NCBI RefSeq assembly: GCF_009914755.1
Contig: NC_060929.1
Source: the human T2T-CHM13v2.0 reference genome, Homo sapiens
Length of the DNA stretch: 64,000 nucleotides
Reading direction: 5' to 3' (one strand)
Notes under the pieces: generated by a model
Told to the model about the DNA's origin: nothing
Seen by the model: the letters and a program-made list of their open reading frames with translations, nothing else
Database searches by the model: none
Made by a program: the position numbers and the translations under genes
In this document: one piece after another, positions 58,501 to 64,000 of the stretch
Layout: every line of letters starts with the position of its first letter
Numbering within the stretch: the stretch's first letter is position 1

Positions 58501-58989
58501 GCTTCTGTTCTTCCCCGGGGGGCAGAAGGTGGGCTTCTTTCTCCTGATTTCCCTGCCACTGAGGCTGCTATAACAGGTGCCTGGTTATCTTTCTGATCCG
58601 GATGGTTGTTTGCCTTTCCCCTGGTTGGCTCTGATTTTCCCTGGGGCTTGGTAATGCGCTTATCTCTCTGCCTGCCTGCCAGACTCTCCTGGCACAGTCC
58701 CAGCCAGAAACCAAGACCTTGACCCAGCCTGCTGCAGTGGGAGGTGCCTGACCCCTGCTTGGGGGCGGAGGCGTGACCACAGCAGCTGAGGTCAGTCCAG
58801 GTCCTCAGGTCACTCATGTCCACAGACTCTCACAATTTTCAGGATTCTCACTGCTCCCCATTTTGCAGTAGGATAAGTGAGAGTAAGAGAGTTCACACTT
58901 GCCTGAGTTCACACAGCTAAGTAGCAGCGGAATCCAGTCTTTAAGCAAGATCCCTTGATTCTAGGGTTTCCTCCCAAGTGTAATTGGCC

Positions 58990-59570
58990 ATCTGCTCTGT
59001 CTTACGCACTACCTGCCCATCCTGGGCATCTCACCCATCTCCACCCTTTGCCTCCACAAATGATTTCTAGATATTTGTCCCCAGCCTGGAATTCTCCCCT
59101 GTTCTCTAGACCCCTATGTGGAACCGCCCACTGCTCATCTCCCCTGGAAATCCAAAACCTAACTCATCTCCCTGCTCCACTAAACAGCTGCTCCTTCTCA
59201 TTTATTCCTGATCTCTATTAACAAAATCTCTGTCACCAGAGCTAGGAACCTGGGCTGCATCCTAGGCTCCTCCCTCTTCTCCACACCCACTCTCCATCTG
59301 CCTCCAAGCCCAGCCAGTTCTTCCACCCAAGTATCTCTCCCATCTACCCCCTCCTCACCACCCCTTACAGAAAGCCTCCATTCCCTCTTGCTTGGATTAT
59401 CATCATTCTTAACATTTATATAAATAATCATACAATGATTATTGTTGTTCCTGCTATCATTCACAGCTCTCCTCACCACATTTTAAGGCTTCTTTATCCC
59501 TCTGCTATATCCCCAGTACTTTTTATGATGTCTGAAAAATAATAGGATCCTAAGAAATTTTTGTGGAATG
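58990..59570 (-). mobile_element. L2 fragments
   Basis: 'tcaccagagctaggaacctgggctgcatcctaggctcctccctc' is typical of L2; other L2 pieces lie at ~29.2, 42.3, 53.7 and 56.1 kb. Confidence 0.65.
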
Positions 59571-59769
59571 AAAGAACAGCCAACATGTATTAAGGTATGG
59601 CTTAGAAACTGTGCTGAGTCCTCTGCGTGCATTTTTTCATGTAATCCTCAATGCAATGCGAAGTTAGAAATATTACAATACCCATTTTACAGACGGGGAA
59701 GTGGAGGTTTAGAGAGGTCCTGTGGCTGGCTTGTTGATCGTCACACAAATGGCAGAGCTAGGATTCTAA

Positions 59770-60202
<433 letters not shown>

Positions 60203-60618
60203 TAGGTACCTTTGCTGGGATATGAGTGAATTCTTTCTAGGTGGTGTCTAGATACGTGTTGTTAAATAACTAGATATTTATTTAATGTGCATTGGGGGAA
60301 AAGGACTGAGCACAATATACTTGTGGTTTCTCTGCAAATATTGCTTAAGATAATTCTAAAGTAATAGAAGTAAGTGATTTCAAGTTGATTAATGGAAAAA
60401 TATTAGATAAAGTTTCAGGTAGCATGAGGATGTGGTGAAAATCCAGGATGTTAAATGACTGGAGCTTTCGAAACACTTCCCTATGGAAGTGTGGAACCTG
60501 CACCCCAAATGCCGACCAGTTCTCAGGGTCACCTGAAGAGGAACAGGCTTCAGAAATTCAGCCTGGAACCCCAAGCGAGCTTTCTCATGTGCTGTTTCTT
60601 TCTTCCCTATGCCGATAG

Positions 60619-60883
60619 ATTGCCCCAAAGCGGCCTCACACCAGAGACGGGTTAAGAAGAGGGATTGGAGGTCCACCACTCCACTAGCCCAGGAAGGACT
60701 TATCTTTCGTCTCAGCCAGACCTCACCCCAATTCTGTGAATCAGCGGAGGAAGGCAAAAGTGCAGAGAGTCAGAGGAGGCTGTGTAAGGAGCAGAGACCA
60801 GGGCTCACACAGCTGGCCCCAGCCCAGGCCCTGGCCCAGGCCCAGGAGCCTGCTTCCCTGCATCGCTGAGGAAGAACAGCACC
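60619..60883 (+). other. SYNPO: 5' UTR part of the SYNPO first coding exon
   Basis: Polypyrimidine tract 'tgtttcttcttccctat' and acceptor TAG|A at 60618/60619; 265 nt without an ATG before the start codon. Confidence 0.75.
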
Positions 60884-61283
60884 ATGCTGGGTCCTCACCT
60901 CCCACCTCCGCCCCTTGCACCCAGCGAAGGGAGGCCTACCCCCTGCGCCTTCCAGATCCCTGATGGAAGCTACAGGTGTCTGGCTCTGGAAGCCGAGGAG
61001 AGCAGCGGTGAGGAGGGCCTGCAGGGAGAGGTGGGGCCTACCGACCTGGAAGAGGATGAGGGGGTCAGCAGGAGTGGGGACGACTCTGCCTGCAGAGTCA
61101 CCCAGGGGACACCGCAGCTGCCCAAAGCCCTGGGCATCCAACCACCCAGCTGCTCCAGAGAGGAACAAGGGGCGTCCCAGCACGACGACAGGGCCAGCCA
61201 GGACTGGGATGTAGTGAAGGCCGGGCAGATGATGACAGCCAGCCCCAGCCCTGGCCCTGGGCCCAGAGTGGCCCAGAAACCAG
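60884..61283 (+). CDS. SYNPO: synaptopodin long isoform, first coding exon (aa 1-133, phase-1 donor)
   Basis: accATG; translation [41 protein letters not shown]...GPRVAQKP is recognised as the human synaptopodin N-terminus. Donor CAG|GTAAGC at 61283/61284 fits the known continuation ALGRSTSLTEKDLKEAK. Confidence 0.95.
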
Positions 61284-63180
61284 GTAAGCTTGTGTTCCTT
61301 TTCCCTTGGACTACCAGAGTCACTGGAGACCCCCCAGGTCCTTAGTACAAGGGCTCCTGACCATATTTTTCCATGATCCACAGTAATTCATCACAGTCCC
61401 ATGGGCATGCCCAGATTAACAGCTGTGGAGAGATAGGAGCGACAGCGAGCTACGTGCAGTTCCAGCTGCACCACATCTAACCCCACTCCTTTCTCTGCCA
61501 AAGAGGGCACGTGAGAAGGCAGTGAGAGAAAGCCACATTATCTTGCTTGGCTAAAAAAAAAAAAAATGCCCATTTCCCACTCTCGTCTGCCTTTTAATCA
61601 TTAGCGGCAACAAATCACTGCGGTGTCCCAAGCAACCGATGGGGCAGAACCCTCTCATTAAATGGATTGAGTGCTGGCTACGTGGGGGTGCTGGGGACGC
61701 GGCACTGGACCAAACGGATGTGGTTGCTGACCTCATGGAGCTTGGGAGGTAGAGACTGAAGCCTTTGATAGAATTTGACCCCCCAATTTTACAGGTGGGG
61801 AAACTGAGACTCAGAGTGAGGAAAAAGACAGCTAGAGGTCACTCAGCGTGTTAGTAGTGGCTGAGCTAGGCCCACGTTCCTCGCCTAGGCCTTGGTTTTT
61901 CATTTGTTAGAGGTGACAAGGGCAGATAGAACACCACCTAGGCTGCAGTGAGATCCCATGACAGCGTGTGGGGAGAGCACAGTGTGCGCGGCACGGAAGG
62001 AAGGAAGGGCAGGAATGATGATAATTTTCCTGCAGCGGCTGCTGTCTGCAGAGCAGGGCGGGACAGGGAAGCCCACGCTGAATCACCTCCACAGCCAGCC
62101 CATGGAAACGCTGAAGTGGGTCCAGATGGGGAGGACGTGAGCAGGGCCATGCTCAGCTCAAGCAGGAGCCGCAGCCAGTAGATCCCGGGGGTGCAGGGCA
62201 TGCGGGGGACACAGTCCCGGGAGGGCTTGTGCGTCAGGAAACTGAAGGAACACTTCATTTCTCTGCAGGCGTCGTTGACGCCCGGCTGGCATCTCACCAG
62301 CCTTCCCGCCCACTCTTCTCTCTGAAATAATTCTCTCCAGGCTCTGATCACCCCCCATGGCCACCATTGTCTACCAGGCTGGGGTCACACAGGGGGCTGG
62401 GCAGGAGCAAGAAAGGACCTTTAATCCCTCTAGGGCAGGAAGAAGGAGGACCCCAGGGAGGCACTGCAGTCTTGAACTTGGAGGTGGGCCCTCACACCAG
62501 AGTCCGCCCAAATTCAGTCTCCTACAGTCTGAAGTTCCCAGGACCTGCTCCCATCCCTCTCACGGGCCCAGGCTGGGGTCAGGAGACATAGATGCTTTCT
62601 AGACTGGATGTTGCCGACTAGCCAAGCCCTAGCAAATCCCTTCCCCTTGGTGAGCTCTACTTTCCTCCTCTGTGAAAATAAAATAAAAATATGAGTCTTA
62701 TCTACCTCAAAGAGCTGTTAGGAGGTTGCAATGATCTTAGTTGTGGCAGTGTTTTGGAAATTTTAGAGTAATCTAGATAGGTATGTAAGAAACGTTTATA
62801 CCTAATTGAAATGACCATCATCAGCTCAACAATAGGACTGCTATTATTTGTTAGAAGCCTTTATGTGCTAAGCCCTGTGCCAAGAGCTTTACCCTTTTCA
62901 TTTCATTTAACCTCGTAGCAATCCCCATGAGGGACATACTTTTATTATTTTCATTATACAGATGAGAATATAGAGGCTCAGGAAATATATGTGACTTATC
63001 CAAGATGCATGACTAGCAAGCTGCTAAGCCATGATCCAGTCATGGTTTTTTGAACACGAGGCTTGTGCTCTTGGCCACCACTGTCTTCTGGAATTATAGG
63101 AGTAAAGTGTTGTCTGCGGACATCTTGGAATGGAAGAGCCCATGGATGGAGAGGACAGAAGAAGGCACTACCTTTAATGA

Positions 63181-63873
<693 letters not shown>

Positions 63874-64000
63874 TGAAATGGGCAGGGAAGACTTCTTGGA
63901 GATGGAGGCAGGAAGGAAGCTGGGTCTTGCAGGAGAGTCAAAATCCGGTGGTCTTGGGTCAGAGCCCACACTTGCCTTTCTGCTCCCTTGGGAAAGGGAG

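Noticed and set aside
60609-60869. 86-aa ORF as a SYNPO uORF
   Set aside because: Its ATG (60609) is upstream of the acceptor at 60618/60619, so it is intronic.
61284-61345. C-terminal 20 aa of the 153-aa SYNPO ORF in the track
   Set aside because: Read-through past the CAG|GTAAGC donor into the intron.

Overview
Human/primate genomic DNA, rich in Alu, L1, MIR and L2 repeats. The only confident coding sequence is the first coding exon of synaptopodin (SYNPO, long isoform, [10 protein letters not shown]...VAQKP; + strand, 60884-61283), with a GC-rich non-coding first exon at ~43.6 kb. The first ~760 bp look like the end of a 3' UTR with a poly(A) signal; by known gene order this should be NDST1. 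Nearly all other ORFs in the track come from repeats or are chance GC-rich frames. The main hypothesis concerns two degenerate segments in the NDST1-SYNPO interval (~13.13-13.24 kb and 16263-16414). By eye they resemble the two PDZ-encoding exons of the paralogs SYNPO2/SYNPO2L in order, length and splice phase, and they would splice in frame into the present SYNPO exon at 60619, suggesting a fossil, lost PDZ N-terminus of synaptopodin. This rests on paralog sequences recalled from memory and is statistically untested. Other items: a CTCF site with upstream motif, a local ~130-bp inverted duplication, an inverted AluY pair, Z-DNA and G4 tracts, and candidate enhancer motif clusters. Repeat boundaries and subfamily calls are approximate.
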